A stretch of DNA of 64,000 nucleotides, from contig CBDBGH010000003.1 in assembly GCA_965205265.1 (NCBI GenBank), positions 1,536,001-1,600,000 of the forward strand, read 5' to 3'. This DNA comes from Alphaproteobacteria bacterium. GTDB taxonomy: Bacteria; Pseudomonadota; Alphaproteobacteria; Bin95. The notes below the pieces were generated by a model, which saw only the letters and a list, made by a program, of their open reading frames with translations, had not been told where the DNA came from and searched no databases. The stretch's first letter is position 1, and each line of letters opens with the position of its first letter. This document shows, one piece after another, positions 50,694 through 61,719 of this stretch. Made by a program: the position numbers and the translations under genes.

Positions 50694-51476
50694 ATGATAC
50701 CGCAACTCTTCGACCGGGGCGCCCTTCGCCGCCACCGCGACCGCGCCGCCGCTGCGCCGCCCGGCGCGGATTTCCTGTTTCGCGAAGTGGCGGAGCGGCT
50801 GGCGGACCGCCTCGACGATGTGACCGTCAGCTTCCCGCTCGCGCTCGACATCGGCGCGCGCGACGGCGTGCTGGCGCGCGCGCTGCGCGGCCGGGGCGGC
50901 ATCGAGGCCCTCATCCGCCTGGAGGCGTCGGAGGCGCTTTGCCGCGCAGGCGGCGGCACAGGCGCTGTCGGCGAGGAGGACAGCCTGCCCTTCGGGCCGC
51001 AGAGCTTCCACCTGATCGCAAGCAATCTCGCCCTGCACTGGACGCAGGACCTTCCGGGCGCGCTCGCCCAGATAAAGCGCGCGCTCAAGCCCGGCGGCCT
51101 CTTCCTCGCAAGCCTATTCGGCGGCGAAACGCTGACCGAGCTGCGCCAGGGCCTGCTCGCCGCCGATGCGGCCGCGTCCGGCGGCGCGGCGCCCAGGGTT
51201 TCCCCATTCGCGGACCTGCGCGACGCCGCGGGGCTGCTGCAGCGCGCCGGATTCGAACTGCCGGTCGCCGATCTGGACACCATCCGGGTCACTTACGAAT
51301 CGCCCTTCAGGCTGATGGCCGACCTTCGCGCCATGGGCGAGACCAATGTGCTCGTGGCGCGGCCGCGCCACTTCGCGCGCCGCGCGCTGTTCGCCGAACT
51401 CGCCTCGCAATACACCGGCCGGCAGGCGGTGACATTCCAGGTCATTTATCTCTCCGGCTGGGCCCGATCCGCGTAG
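50694..51476 (+). CDS. SAM-dependent methyltransferase (BioC/NDUFAF5-like)
   Basis: LFDR, LDIGARDG, SNLALHW, LKPGGLF, PRVSPF, LQRAGFELPVAD, DLRAMGE. Confidence 0.9.
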   Translation: MIPQLFDRGALRRHRDRAAAAPPGADFLFREVAERLADRLDDVTVSFPLALDIGARDGVLARALRGRGGIEALIRLEASEALCRAGGGTGAVGEEDSLPFGPQSFHLIASNLALHWTQDLPGALAQIKRALKPGGLFLASLFGGETLTELRQGLLAADAAASGGAAPRVSPFADLRDAAGLLQRAGFELPVADLDTIRVTYESPFRLMADLRAMGETNVLVARPRHFARRALFAELASQYTGRQAVTFQVIYLSGWARSA

Positions 51477-52486
51477 TCGCCCCGCACGAGGCGGGTTCCT
51501 GCGACCATCGCACGCAGCTTTTCCCGCGCCAGCCAGCGCGGCAGCGCCGAGAAGCCGCAATCGGCGGTAACCCAGAGGCGCTCCCGCGGCACCGCTTCCA
51601 GCACCCTCTCCAGCCGCGCGGCCACGTCTCCGGGCGTTTCGATGTGGAACGACTTCACATCGATCACGCCGGCCGCGATCCGGTAGCGCTCGGCCAAAGC
51701 CGGCAATGCGTCGAGGTCCGCCATTTCCCGGTTGGCGAATTCCAGCACCAGCATCGAGCAATCCAGCAAGCCCATGCCCGGCAGCAGGCGGGCGAAACCG
51801 CGCGGCGAATAGGGCCGGGACGCATTGTTGCCGAAGCAGATATGCACCGCGACGCGGTCCGCATGGCCGGCGATGGCGGCGTTGACCGCTTCGGCGCAGG
51901 CCCTGCTGTCCATGCCGTGCGAGAGGTCGGTGAAGCCCGGTTCGTCGATCTGGATGAGTTTGGCGTCTTCGTCGGCGAGCCTGTCGAGCTCATCCCTCAC
52001 AATGCCGGCGATGTCGTCGAGCAGCGCCGCCCTGTCGCCGCCATAGGGGCCTTCGGGCGCGATCTTGGGCATGAAGGTCAGGGGGCCGGGAAATGCGACC
52101 TTGAGCCGCCTGCCGGGCGCCAGCTTCCTGAGGCGGCGGAATTCGTCCGCGATACCGAGCCCGTCGGGCGCCGCCACCCGTTCCCGGGCGACGAAGTTGG
52201 GCGCGCGGTCATAGCCCGGCACGCCGAGCCGCCGGCCGGCCGGAACCCGTTCGATCCCGGTCAACCGGTCATACATCTCATAGACGAAACGGCTCCGGCG
52301 GAGCTCGCCGTCGGACAGGATGTCCACGCCCGCTTCGATCTGGTCGGCGATTGCGATGCGGGTTGCGTCGTCGAAGGCTTCCTCGACATCCTCCGCGCCG
52401 GTCCGGCCCGCGCGCATGGCTTCCCGGAAGAGGAAGAGCCAGCCCGGCGCCGCGTAGGACCCCACCCCCATTGTCGGCAAATCCAT
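51446..52486 (-). CDS. Cobalamin-independent methionine synthase II family (single-barrel MetE-like)
   Basis: VGSY, DGELRR, IQIDEP, HICFGN, LEFANR, GVIDVK, ADCG (zinc ligands); AAGGAGG RBS at 52494-52500. Confidence 0.85.
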   Translation of the reverse strand: MDLPTMGVGSYAAPGWLFLFREAMRAGRTGAEDVEEAFDDATRIAIADQIEAGVDILSDGELRRSRFVYEMYDRLTGIERVPAGRRLGVPGYDRAPNFVARERVAAPDGLGIADEFRRLRKLAPGRRLKVAFPGPLTFMPKIAPEGPYGGDRAALLDDIAGIVRDELDRLADEDAKLIQIDEPGFTDLSHGMDSRACAEAVNAAIAGHADRVAVHICFGNNASRPYSPRGFARLLPGMGLLDCSMLVLEFANREMADLDALPALAERYRIAAGVIDVKSFHIETPGDVAARLERVLEAVPRERLWVTADCGFSALPRWLAREKLRAMVAGTRLVRGDYADRAQPER

Positions 52487-52673
52487 TCCGTATCCTCCTT
52501 TTCGAGCCCAGGGGCCCACTCCACTGCAAGTGTCATGAAATGTCATGTTTGGAGCTTATATGGATAGGTCGACGGGGAAGCCGGCGACCCTTCTTTCGTC
52601 ATGGCCGGACTTGTTCCGGCCATCCATGCGGCCGCCCGGCGGAAGCAGTGAGAGGGATGCCCGGATCAAGTCC

Positions 52674-53034
52674 ATTGCTGTCCGGTTCAGCCATTGGGTG
52701 AGGCTGAACGGGGGTCCGCCGGGGGGTTCGGGGGCGCGCGGCGTCTGCGATCCGCCCCTTGCCCGTGAGGCTCGAACGCCCCCTTCGGCAGGCTCAGGGC
52801 AGGCTCTTTCGTCATGTCCGGACTTGTTCCGGGTATCCATACGGCCGCCCCGGGAGAAGCGGTGGAGGGAGATGCCCGGAACAAGTCCGGGCATAACGAT
52901 ATGGGGGTCGGGCATGACGACTTGGGGGCCGGGCCGCCAGGCGTCGATCCGGGTCCCGATCCCGCCGAACCCCTCGAAACCCGGTTGAATCCAAGCCATG
53001 CGCCCTGCCCGCAAATCCTGAACCGGACAGCAAT
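52674..53034. mobile_element. 361-bp MITE-like non-autonomous element inserted in a REP hairpin
   Basis: Perfect 17-bp TIRs ATTGCTGTCCGGTTCAG (52674-52690) and CTGAACCGGACAGCAAT (53018-53034). Flanking 11-bp direct repeat GGATCAAGTCC at 52663-52673 and 53035-53045. No transposase. Confidence 0.88.
52811..52897. repeat. Inner REP-like doublet carried inside the MITE
   Basis: GTCATGTCCGGACTTGTTCCGGGTATCCA...GATGCCCGGAACAAGTCCGGGCATAAC; spacer similar to that of the outer doublet. Confidence 0.85.
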
Positions 53035-53425
53035 GGATCAAGTCCGGGCATGACGGAGGAGGCGTCCGTGTAAAGCGCCGGAGAGAAGGCGCAAAGCCTC
53101 GCAAACCTGTCGTCAACCTGACCATATAGGCCTCTCATGTTTTGTCATGCAGGCCGGCGGGACCTTCTGCGATATGTCATGGGATGTCATGATCCGCATA
53201 CGCAAGGCGCATATGCCATGGCCTGTCCTGGCATGACCTCCGGGTATTCCATCCCGTGTCCCGGGCTTCTCACCTTCGGCATCGGCTTGCTCTCCCAGTC
53301 CATCTTCGTTCCGTTTCTCCCGCCGCCGGCTGCACCGGGCGGCGGGACCCTGATTCGCGCGTAATGCGCGCGGGTGCCCGCGCCCGCGGGCGGGCGTTTC
53401 GCGCCGGCGCGGTTTGCGCGCCTGA

Positions 53426-55923
<2,498 letters not shown>

Positions 55924-55928
55924 CGGCC

Positions 55929-56912
55929 ATGCACCGCCTCTCGGTCGCGCCGATGATGGACCGGACGGACCGGCATTGCCGCTTCTTCCACAGGCTGCTT
56001 TCCCGGCATACGCGCCTCTATACGGAGATGCTGACCGCCGGCGCCGTCATCCACGGCGACCGGGACCGGCTGCTGGGCTTCGATCCGGCCGAGCATCCCG
56101 TGGCGCTGCAACTGGGCGGGAGCGAGCCGGCGATGCTGGCGCAAGCCGCGCGCATCGGGGAGCGGCTCGGCTATGACGAGATCAACCTCAATTGCGGCTG
56201 CCCGAGCGACCGGGTGAAGAAGGGGCGCTTCGGCGCGAGCCTGATGGCCGAGCCGGAGCTGGTCGGCCGCTGCCTCGCCGCCATGCGCGAGGCGGTCTCG
56301 GTCCCTGTAACCGTCAAGTGCCGCGTCGGCATAGACGACCAGGACGACGATGCGCTCAACCGTTTCGCCCGGACCGTCCATGCGCTTTCGGGCGTCACCG
56401 TCTTCATCGTCCATGCGCGCAAGGCGTGGCTGAAGGGCCTGAGCCCGAAGCAGAACCGGGAGGTGCCGCCGCTGCGCTACGAGCTGGCGTTCCGCCTGAA
56501 GGCCGAGCGGCCGGACCTTTGCGTCGTGCTGAACGGTGGCATTGCCGGTCTCGATGAGGCCGAAGCCCTGCTGGCGGGCGGTGCCGTCGATGGCGTCATG
56601 CTCGGCCGCGCCGCCTATTCGGACCCCTGGCTGCTCGCCGATGCGGACCGGCGCCTGTTCGGGGCGGAGAACCCGTTGCAGGCGCGGCAGGAGGCGGTGG
56701 AAGCGCTGCTGCCCTATGCGGAGCGGCTTGCGGCTGAGGGCATCCGCCTGCACGCGCTCTCGCGGCATGTCCACGGGCTGTTCCAGGGCTGCCCCGGCGC
56801 CCGCGCCTTCCGCCGCCACCTGGCGGAGAACGCGCACCTGCCGGGCGCAGGCCCGGAGGTGCTGGCCGCAGCCGCAAGCCTCGCCGCCCCGCCGGACCGG
56901 CTGGCGGCCTGA
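55929..56912 (+). CDS. dusA: tRNA dihydrouridine(20/20a) synthase
   Basis: SVAPMMD, ALQLGGS, INLNCGCPS, VHARKAWL, NREVPPL, VMLGRAAY. Confidence 0.95.
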   Translation: MHRLSVAPMMDRTDRHCRFFHRLLSRHTRLYTEMLTAGAVIHGDRDRLLGFDPAEHPVALQLGGSEPAMLAQAARIGERLGYDEINLNCGCPSDRVKKGRFGASLMAEPELVGRCLAAMREAVSVPVTVKCRVGIDDQDDDALNRFARTVHALSGVTVFIVHARKAWLKGLSPKQNREVPPLRYELAFRLKAERPDLCVVLNGGIAGLDEAEALLAGGAVDGVMLGRAAYSDPWLLADADRRLFGAENPLQARQEAVEALLPYAERLAAEGIRLHALSRHVHGLFQGCPGARAFRRHLAENAHLPGAGPEVLAAAASLAAPPDRLAA

Positions 56913-56921
56913 CCCCCGGCT

Positions 56922-57716
56922 CTACCGCGCGGTCCAGCCGCCGTCGATCACGAGCTCCGCGCCGGTCATGAAGGCGCTGTCGGGCGAGGCGAGGAAGAGG
57001 ACGCCGGCGGCGATGTCCACCGGCCCGCCGAGGCGTTTGATCGGGTGCAGATCGGTGACGAATTGGCGCGCGGCATTGTCCGACATGCCGGTGCTGATCC
57101 AGCGGTCCAGCACCTGCGCCGCCATGTCGGTTTCGATCAGGCCCGGATGCACGGAGTTCACCCGGATGTTGTAGCCGAGCTGCGCGACTTCCAGCGCCGC
57201 CGACTTGGTCAGCAGGCGGACGGCGCCCTTGGACGCGCTGTAGATTCCCGAGAGCGGCGAGCCGACCAAGCCCGCAACCGAAGAGATGTTGACGATGCTG
57301 GCGGCGTCAGCCCCGGCGGGCGTGTTCTTCATCGAGCGGATGGCGTGCTTGACGCCGAGAAAGACGCCCATGACGTTCACGTCCATCAGCCGGCGGTAGT
57401 CCTCGACGGACATCTCCTCGAGCTTCGCGTAGCTGTAAACCCCGGCATTGTTGACGAGGATGTTGAGCGCTCCGAACCGCCTTTCGGCTTCGGCAACGGC
57501 GCTTTCCCAGCCGGCTTCGTCCGTCACGTCTTGCGCGATGAAATGCGCCTCGCCGCCCGCGGACCCGATTTCCTCCACCGTCCGGTGGCCGTTCTCCTCG
57601 ATGAGGTCGGAGACGACGACCTTCGCCCCCGCCTCCGCCAGCCGCCGCGCGATTCCGGCGCCGATGCCGCGCCCCGCGCCCGTTACCAGCGCGACCTTTC
57701 CGTCCGCACGGTTCAT
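56922..57716 (-). CDS. Classical SDR oxidoreductase
   Basis: TGAGRGIG, NNAG, NISS, YSASK, HPG, IDGG. Confidence 0.92.
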   Translation of the reverse strand: MNRADGKVALVTGAGRGIGAGIARRLAEAGAKVVVSDLIEENGHRTVEEIGSAGGEAHFIAQDVTDEAGWESAVAEAERRFGALNILVNNAGVYSYAKLEEMSVEDYRRLMDVNVMGVFLGVKHAIRSMKNTPAGADAASIVNISSVAGLVGSPLSGIYSASKGAVRLLTKSAALEVAQLGYNIRVNSVHPGLIETDMAAQVLDRWISTGMSDNAARQFVTDLHPIKRLGGPVDIAAGVLFLASPDSAFMTGAELVIDGGWTAR

Positions 57717-57722
57717 TCGTCT

Positions 57723-58424
57723 TCACTCCTCCGGTTGGGACGGCAGCAGCTCCGCCAGTTCGTCGAGCCCCCGGATTTCCGCCACGGGCTGGAAGGGCAG
57801 CGTCTCGACCGGCGCGCCGGCGCGGTTGATCCACACGGCCCGGAAGCCGAAGGCGGCCGCCCCGGCGGCGTCCCAGCCATTGGCCGAAACGAAGCAGACC
57901 TGTGCCGGCTGCGCGTCCAGCTCGTCCACCGCAAGCTGGTATACGGACGGGTGCGGCTTGAACACGCCGCAGGCATCCACGGAGAGGACGCGGTCCAGAA
58001 GCGGCGTCAGCGTGTTGGCGTTGACCGCGGCCGTCAGCATGGTGGAGGTGCCGTTGGAGAGCACCGCCGTGCGCATCCGCCGGCCCTTCAACGCCTCCAG
58101 GCAGGGCCGGGCGTCCGGGAAGGCTTCAAGCGCAAGATAGAGTTGCATCAGTTCGGCCCGGAGCGCCGGGTCGTCCACCTCGCAGACCGCCATGGCGTAG
58201 TCCAGCGCCTCGCCCGTGACCTGCCAGAAGTCCGCATATTTGCCCATCAGCGAGCGCAGCCAGGTGTAGTCGATCTGCTTCTGCCGCCAGATTGCAGACA
58301 GACGGTCGGCCGCCGGCCCGATGCGCGCCCGCCTTGCGGCCAGCGGGGCGTTGAAATCGAACAGGGTGCCGTAGGCGTCGAAGACGCAGGCGCGGATGTC
58401 GTGGAGGTTGTTGTCGCCCAGCAT
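57723..58424 (-). CDS. Haloacid dehalogenase type II
   Basis: FDAYGTLFD, WRQKQIDYTW, LSNG, FKPHPSVY, SANGWD. Confidence 0.9.
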   Translation of the reverse strand: MLGDNNLHDIRACVFDAYGTLFDFNAPLAARRARIGPAADRLSAIWRQKQIDYTWLRSLMGKYADFWQVTGEALDYAMAVCEVDDPALRAELMQLYLALEAFPDARPCLEALKGRRMRTAVLSNGTSTMLTAAVNANTLTPLLDRVLSVDACGVFKPHPSVYQLAVDELDAQPAQVCFVSANGWDAAGAAAFGFRAVWINRAGAPVETLPFQPVAEIRGLDELAELLPSQPEE

Positions 58425-58526
58425 GCGTTGCGGCTTCCGGTTGCGGTCGGTTGCGCTCCCAGACTAACTTGCCGCGCGCCGGGGGTGAAACTATGTTTCG
58501 CCGAGGCAAGCAGAGGAGGTCCGGCC

Positions 58527-59402
58527 ATGTTCAAGGGGTCGCTGGTGGCGTTGATTACCCCGTTCCGCAACGGAGGGGTGGACGAGAAGGCGTTTCAGGA
58601 CTTCGTCGAGTGGCAGATCGCCGAAGGCACGCACGGGCTGGTGCCCTGCGGCACGACGGGCGAATCGCCGACCTTGAGCCATGACGAGCACAAGCGCGTG
58701 ACCGAGCTCTGCATCGAGGCGGCGGCAGGCCGCGTGCCGGTGGTCGCGGGCGCGGGCTCGAACTCGACGGCGGAGGCCATCGACCTCGCCGAGCACGCCA
58801 AGGCGGCCGGGGCCGACGGCATCCTCGTGGTGACGCCCTATTACAACAAGCCGAACCAGGACGGCCTCTACGAGCATTTCAAGGCGATCAACGACGCCGT
58901 CGAAATCCCGATGATCATCTACAACATCCCGCCGCGCTCCGTGGTGGACATGGCCGTCGAGACCATGGCGGAACTTGCCAGGCTGCCGAATGTCGTGGGC
59001 GTCAAGGACGCGACCACCGACCTCCAGCGCCCGCTGGAAACGCGCATCGCGGCCGGCCCCGACTTCTGCCAGCTCTCCGGCGAGGACGGCACCGCCCTTC
59101 CCTTCCTGATCCAGGGCGGTGTGGGCTGCATTTCGGTCAGCGCCAATGTCGCGCCGAAACTCTGCTCGATGATGCACGACGCCTGGCAGCAGGGCGCGCT
59201 GGAAACGGCGATGCAGATCAATGAGCGCCTGATGCCGCTGCACAAGGCGATGTTCTTCCAGCCGAGCCCGGCCGGCGCCAAATACGGCGCGCATCTTCTC
59301 GGGCATTGTGAACCGGACACGCGCCTGCCGCTGACCCCGGCCGCGCCCGCAACGCAGGCCCAGGTGCGCAGTGCCATGACGGGCCTCGAACTGATCGGCT
59401 GA
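58527..59402 (+). CDS. dapA: 4-hydroxy-tetrahydrodipicolinate synthase
   Basis: [36 protein letters not shown]. Confidence 0.96.
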   Translation: MFKGSLVALITPFRNGGVDEKAFQDFVEWQIAEGTHGLVPCGTTGESPTLSHDEHKRVTELCIEAAAGRVPVVAGAGSNSTAEAIDLAEHAKAAGADGILVVTPYYNKPNQDGLYEHFKAINDAVEIPMIIYNIPPRSVVDMAVETMAELARLPNVVGVKDATTDLQRPLETRIAAGPDFCQLSGEDGTALPFLIQGGVGCISVSANVAPKLCSMMHDAWQQGALETAMQINERLMPLHKAMFFQPSPAGAKYGAHLLGHCEPDTRLPLTPAAPATQAQVRSAMTGLELIG

Positions 59403-59412
59403 TCCCGGTCCG

Positions 59413-59868
59413 ATGCCCGTCCGGCTGGTCGCCCAGAACCGCCGGGCGCGGCACGACTACTTCATCGAGGACGTGCTCGAGGCCGGGATGCAGCTTTCCG
59501 GCAGCGAGGTGAAGTCGCTGCGCGAGGGGCGCGGCTCCATCGTCGAGGCCTATGCGGTCGAGCGCGCGGGCGAGGTCTTCCTCGTCAACGCCCATATCCC
59601 GGAATACAAGCCGGCGCGCCATTTCGGCCACTCGGCGAAGCGCCCGCGCAAGCTGCTGCTGCACCGGCGCGAAATCGACCGGCTGGCCGGCGCCGTCCGG
59701 CGCGAGGGTGCGACCATCGTGCCGCTCAAGCTCTATTTCAACGAGCGCGGCCGCGCCAAGCTGGAACTCGGCCTCGCCCGCGGCAAGCGCAAGGTGGACA
59801 AGCGCCACGCCATCAAGGAACGCGACTGGAAACGCGACAAGCAGCGCCTGATGAAGATGCGGGACTGA
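59413..59868 (+). CDS. smpB: SsrA-binding protein
   Basis: [34 protein letters not shown]. Confidence 0.97.
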   Translation: MPVRLVAQNRRARHDYFIEDVLEAGMQLSGSEVKSLREGRGSIVEAYAVERAGEVFLVNAHIPEYKPARHFGHSAKRPRKLLLHRREIDRLAGAVRREGATIVPLKLYFNERGRAKLELGLARGKRKVDKRHAIKERDWKRDKQRLMKMRD

Positions 59869-59872
59869 GGGA

Positions 59873-59917
59873 TTGACCCTGCTCGGGGCACCGGCATATG
59901 CTTGGCATATGCCAAGC
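59873..59917 (+). promoter_or_regulatory. vapBC promoter with palindromic operator
   Basis: TTGACC at 59873; GGCATATGC at 59893-59901; perfect 18-bp palindrome GCTTGGCATATGCCAAGC at 59900-59917. Confidence 0.7.
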
Positions 59918-59937
59918 GGTTGTGGAGTATGCGGTCG

Positions 59938-60177
59938 ATGACGGCTACCCGCCATGCAAGATTGTTTCGCAACGGCCGGAACCAAGCCGTTCGGATTCCG
60001 CGCGAGTTCGAGTTAGCGGCCGACGAGGTGACGATCTGTCAGGAAGGTCGCCGCCTCATTATCGAACCTGTGGAGCGCACTCCAGGCCTGGCGGAAGTCT
60101 TGTCCCGGCTGGAACCGCTGGAAGAAGATTTCCCCGAGATTGCTGACCCGCCATCGCAGCCCGAAGACGTGATTTAG
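59938..60177 (+). CDS. vapB: AbrB/VagC-type antitoxin
   Basis: LFRNGRNQAVRIPREFE, GRRLIIEP, acidic tail; start codon uncertain. Confidence 0.92.
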   Translation: MTATRHARLFRNGRNQAVRIPREFELAADEVTICQEGRRLIIEPVERTPGLAEVLSRLEPLEEDFPEIADPPSQPEDVI

Positions 60178-60178
60178 C

Positions 60179-60580
60179 GTGGCCGCTCTTTCCTATCTGC
60201 TCGATACCAATATCCTTTCGCAATTGGTAAGGCAGCCGGAGGGCGAAGCCGCCAAACGAATTGCCGAGCTCGAACCCGGAAGTTTCGCTACCAGCGTGAT
60301 TGTGGCTGCCGAGCTTCGTTACGGCACTGAACGCCGTGGATCACAGCGACTGACCGACCAAGTGGAAGCAATCCTGGCTGCCATAGACGTGCTTCCTCTG
60401 GAGGAGACCGCTACCCGGCACTATGGTCAAATCCGTAATCAACTCGAACGAACCGGCCGCCCCATCGGCCTGAACGACCTGCTGATTGCCGCTCACGCCA
60501 AGGCGCTGGGTGTCACGCTTGTAACCAACAATACCCGCGAATTTTACCGCGTCCCCGGGTTAACAGTGGAAGACTGGTAA
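60179..60580 (+). CDS. vapC: PIN-domain toxin
   Basis: YLLDTNILS, AELRYG, IGLNDLLIAAHA, LVTNNTREF. Confidence 0.95.
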   Translation: MAALSYLLDTNILSQLVRQPEGEAAKRIAELEPGSFATSVIVAAELRYGTERRGSQRLTDQVEAILAAIDVLPLEETATRHYGQIRNQLERTGRPIGLNDLLIAAHAKALGVTLVTNNTREFYRVPGLTVEDW

Positions 60581-60614
60581 CGAACCGGCGATACCGGACA
60601 CCTGCACTATCTCC

Positions 60615-61655
60615 CTACCGGTTCAGCCGGGCGGCGTCGGCGATGACGCGGACGGCCTCCTCGTTGCGGGTGCGCACGGTGATGGCGGTGGCACCGCTGT
60701 CGGCCCAGGCGCGGAAGCGCTGCCTGATACGCGCCGGCGGGCCGATGAGCGCCTTCATGTCCACCCACTCGTCCGGCACGGCTGCGGCCGCCTCGTCCTT
60801 GCGGCCGTCGAGATAGAGCTCCTGGATGCGCTCGGCCGCGTCGGCGAAGCCCCGGCGGCACATCATGGCGTTGTGGAAGTTCTTGTCCCGGTGCCCCATG
60901 CCGCCGACATAGAGCGCCTCGCGCGGCTTCAGCTGCGCCAGCCCCGCCTTCACATCGTCGCCCAGGATGACATGCGGCGAGGCGACGATCTCGAAATTGT
61001 GGAAGCCCTTGCCGTTGCCGGCGCGCGCGAAGCCCTGCTCCAGCCAGGGCCGGTATTCGTCGAGCGATCCGGGCACGAAGCCGAGCGGCAGCCAGCCGTC
61101 GGCGATCTCGCCCGTCAGGCGCACCGTCGACTCGCTGCCGGTGCCGAGATAGATGGGGATGTCCGGATTGGGATGCAGGATCATCCTGAGCGCCTTGCCC
61201 ATGTCCGCGGAACCCTCGCCCCTGTAGGGCAGGGAAATCTCGCGGCCTTCATGGGTCACCGGCTCCTCGCGCGCGAAGATCTTCCGCATGATCGCGACGT
61301 AATCCTTGATGCGCCAGTAGGGCCGCCCCCAGGGTTCCCCGTACCAGCCCTCGACGATCTGCGGCCCGGAAACGCCGATGCCGACGATCATCCGCCCGCC
61401 GCCCGCCAGCGCGTCGATGGTCTGGGCCTGCATCGCCGCATTGGCGGCCGTGCGCGCGGCAAGCTGGATGATGCCGGTGCCGAGCTTTATCCGCTCCGTG
61501 ACGGCCGCCAGATAGGCGAGCGGCGTCATGGCGTCGGTGCCGTAGGACTCGGCCGTCCATACCGTGTCGTAGCCGATCCTGTCGGCGAGCTTCACCAGTT
61601 CCGTCGGGAAATCGAGGCGGGCGCCGGAATAACCGATCGACAGACCGAGCTTCAT
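60615..61655 (-). CDS. Luciferase-like (LLM) oxidoreductase, probable F420-dependent subfamily
   Basis: WTAESYGTDA, GIGVSGPQIVEGWYG, GEIADGW, ALYVGGMG. Confidence 0.85.
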   Translation of the reverse strand: MKLGLSIGYSGARLDFPTELVKLADRIGYDTVWTAESYGTDAMTPLAYLAAVTERIKLGTGIIQLAARTAANAAMQAQTIDALAGGGRMIVGIGVSGPQIVEGWYGEPWGRPYWRIKDYVAIMRKIFAREEPVTHEGREISLPYRGEGSADMGKALRMILHPNPDIPIYLGTGSESTVRLTGEIADGWLPLGFVPGSLDEYRPWLEQGFARAGNGKGFHNFEIVASPHVILGDDVKAGLAQLKPREALYVGGMGHRDKNFHNAMMCRRGFADAAERIQELYLDGRKDEAAAAVPDEWVDMKALIGPPARIRQRFRAWADSGATAITVRTRNEEAVRVIADAARLNR

Positions 61656-61719
61656 GGGGGAAAGCCTCCAGACTTCGGGGAAAGGGCGTCACGAGCCGGC
61701 CGCGACGGGAAGAGCGCGG

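Larger units (their letters stand above)
52598..53054. repeat. Outer REP-like palindrome doublet (GTCATGGCCGG...CCGGCCAT / GATGCCCGG...CCGGGCATGAC), right hairpin interrupted
   Basis: Left hairpin ATGGCCGG-N7-CCGGCCAT at 52601-52623; right hairpin split between 52656-52673 and 53035-53054. Confidence 0.85.

Noticed and set aside
52487-52700. Cobalamin or SAM riboswitch upstream of the MetE-like gene
   Set aside because: No B12-box or SAM-II consensus was recognised, and the region is explained by the repeat element end and REPs. An Rfam scan would be decisive.
52545-53138. ORFs 52545-52988, 52556-53125, 52812-53138 and 52814-53053
   Set aside because: They are translations of REP palindromes and TIRs (MPGLVPGI, PLLSG); no transposase or other domain motifs.
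52500-53200. CRISPR array
   Set aside because: Repeats are inverted or nested rather than regularly spaced direct repeats with unique spacers; no cas genes.
59869-59937. tmRNA (ssrA) next to smpB
   Set aside because: The gap is only about 70 bp and holds the vapBC promoter/operator.
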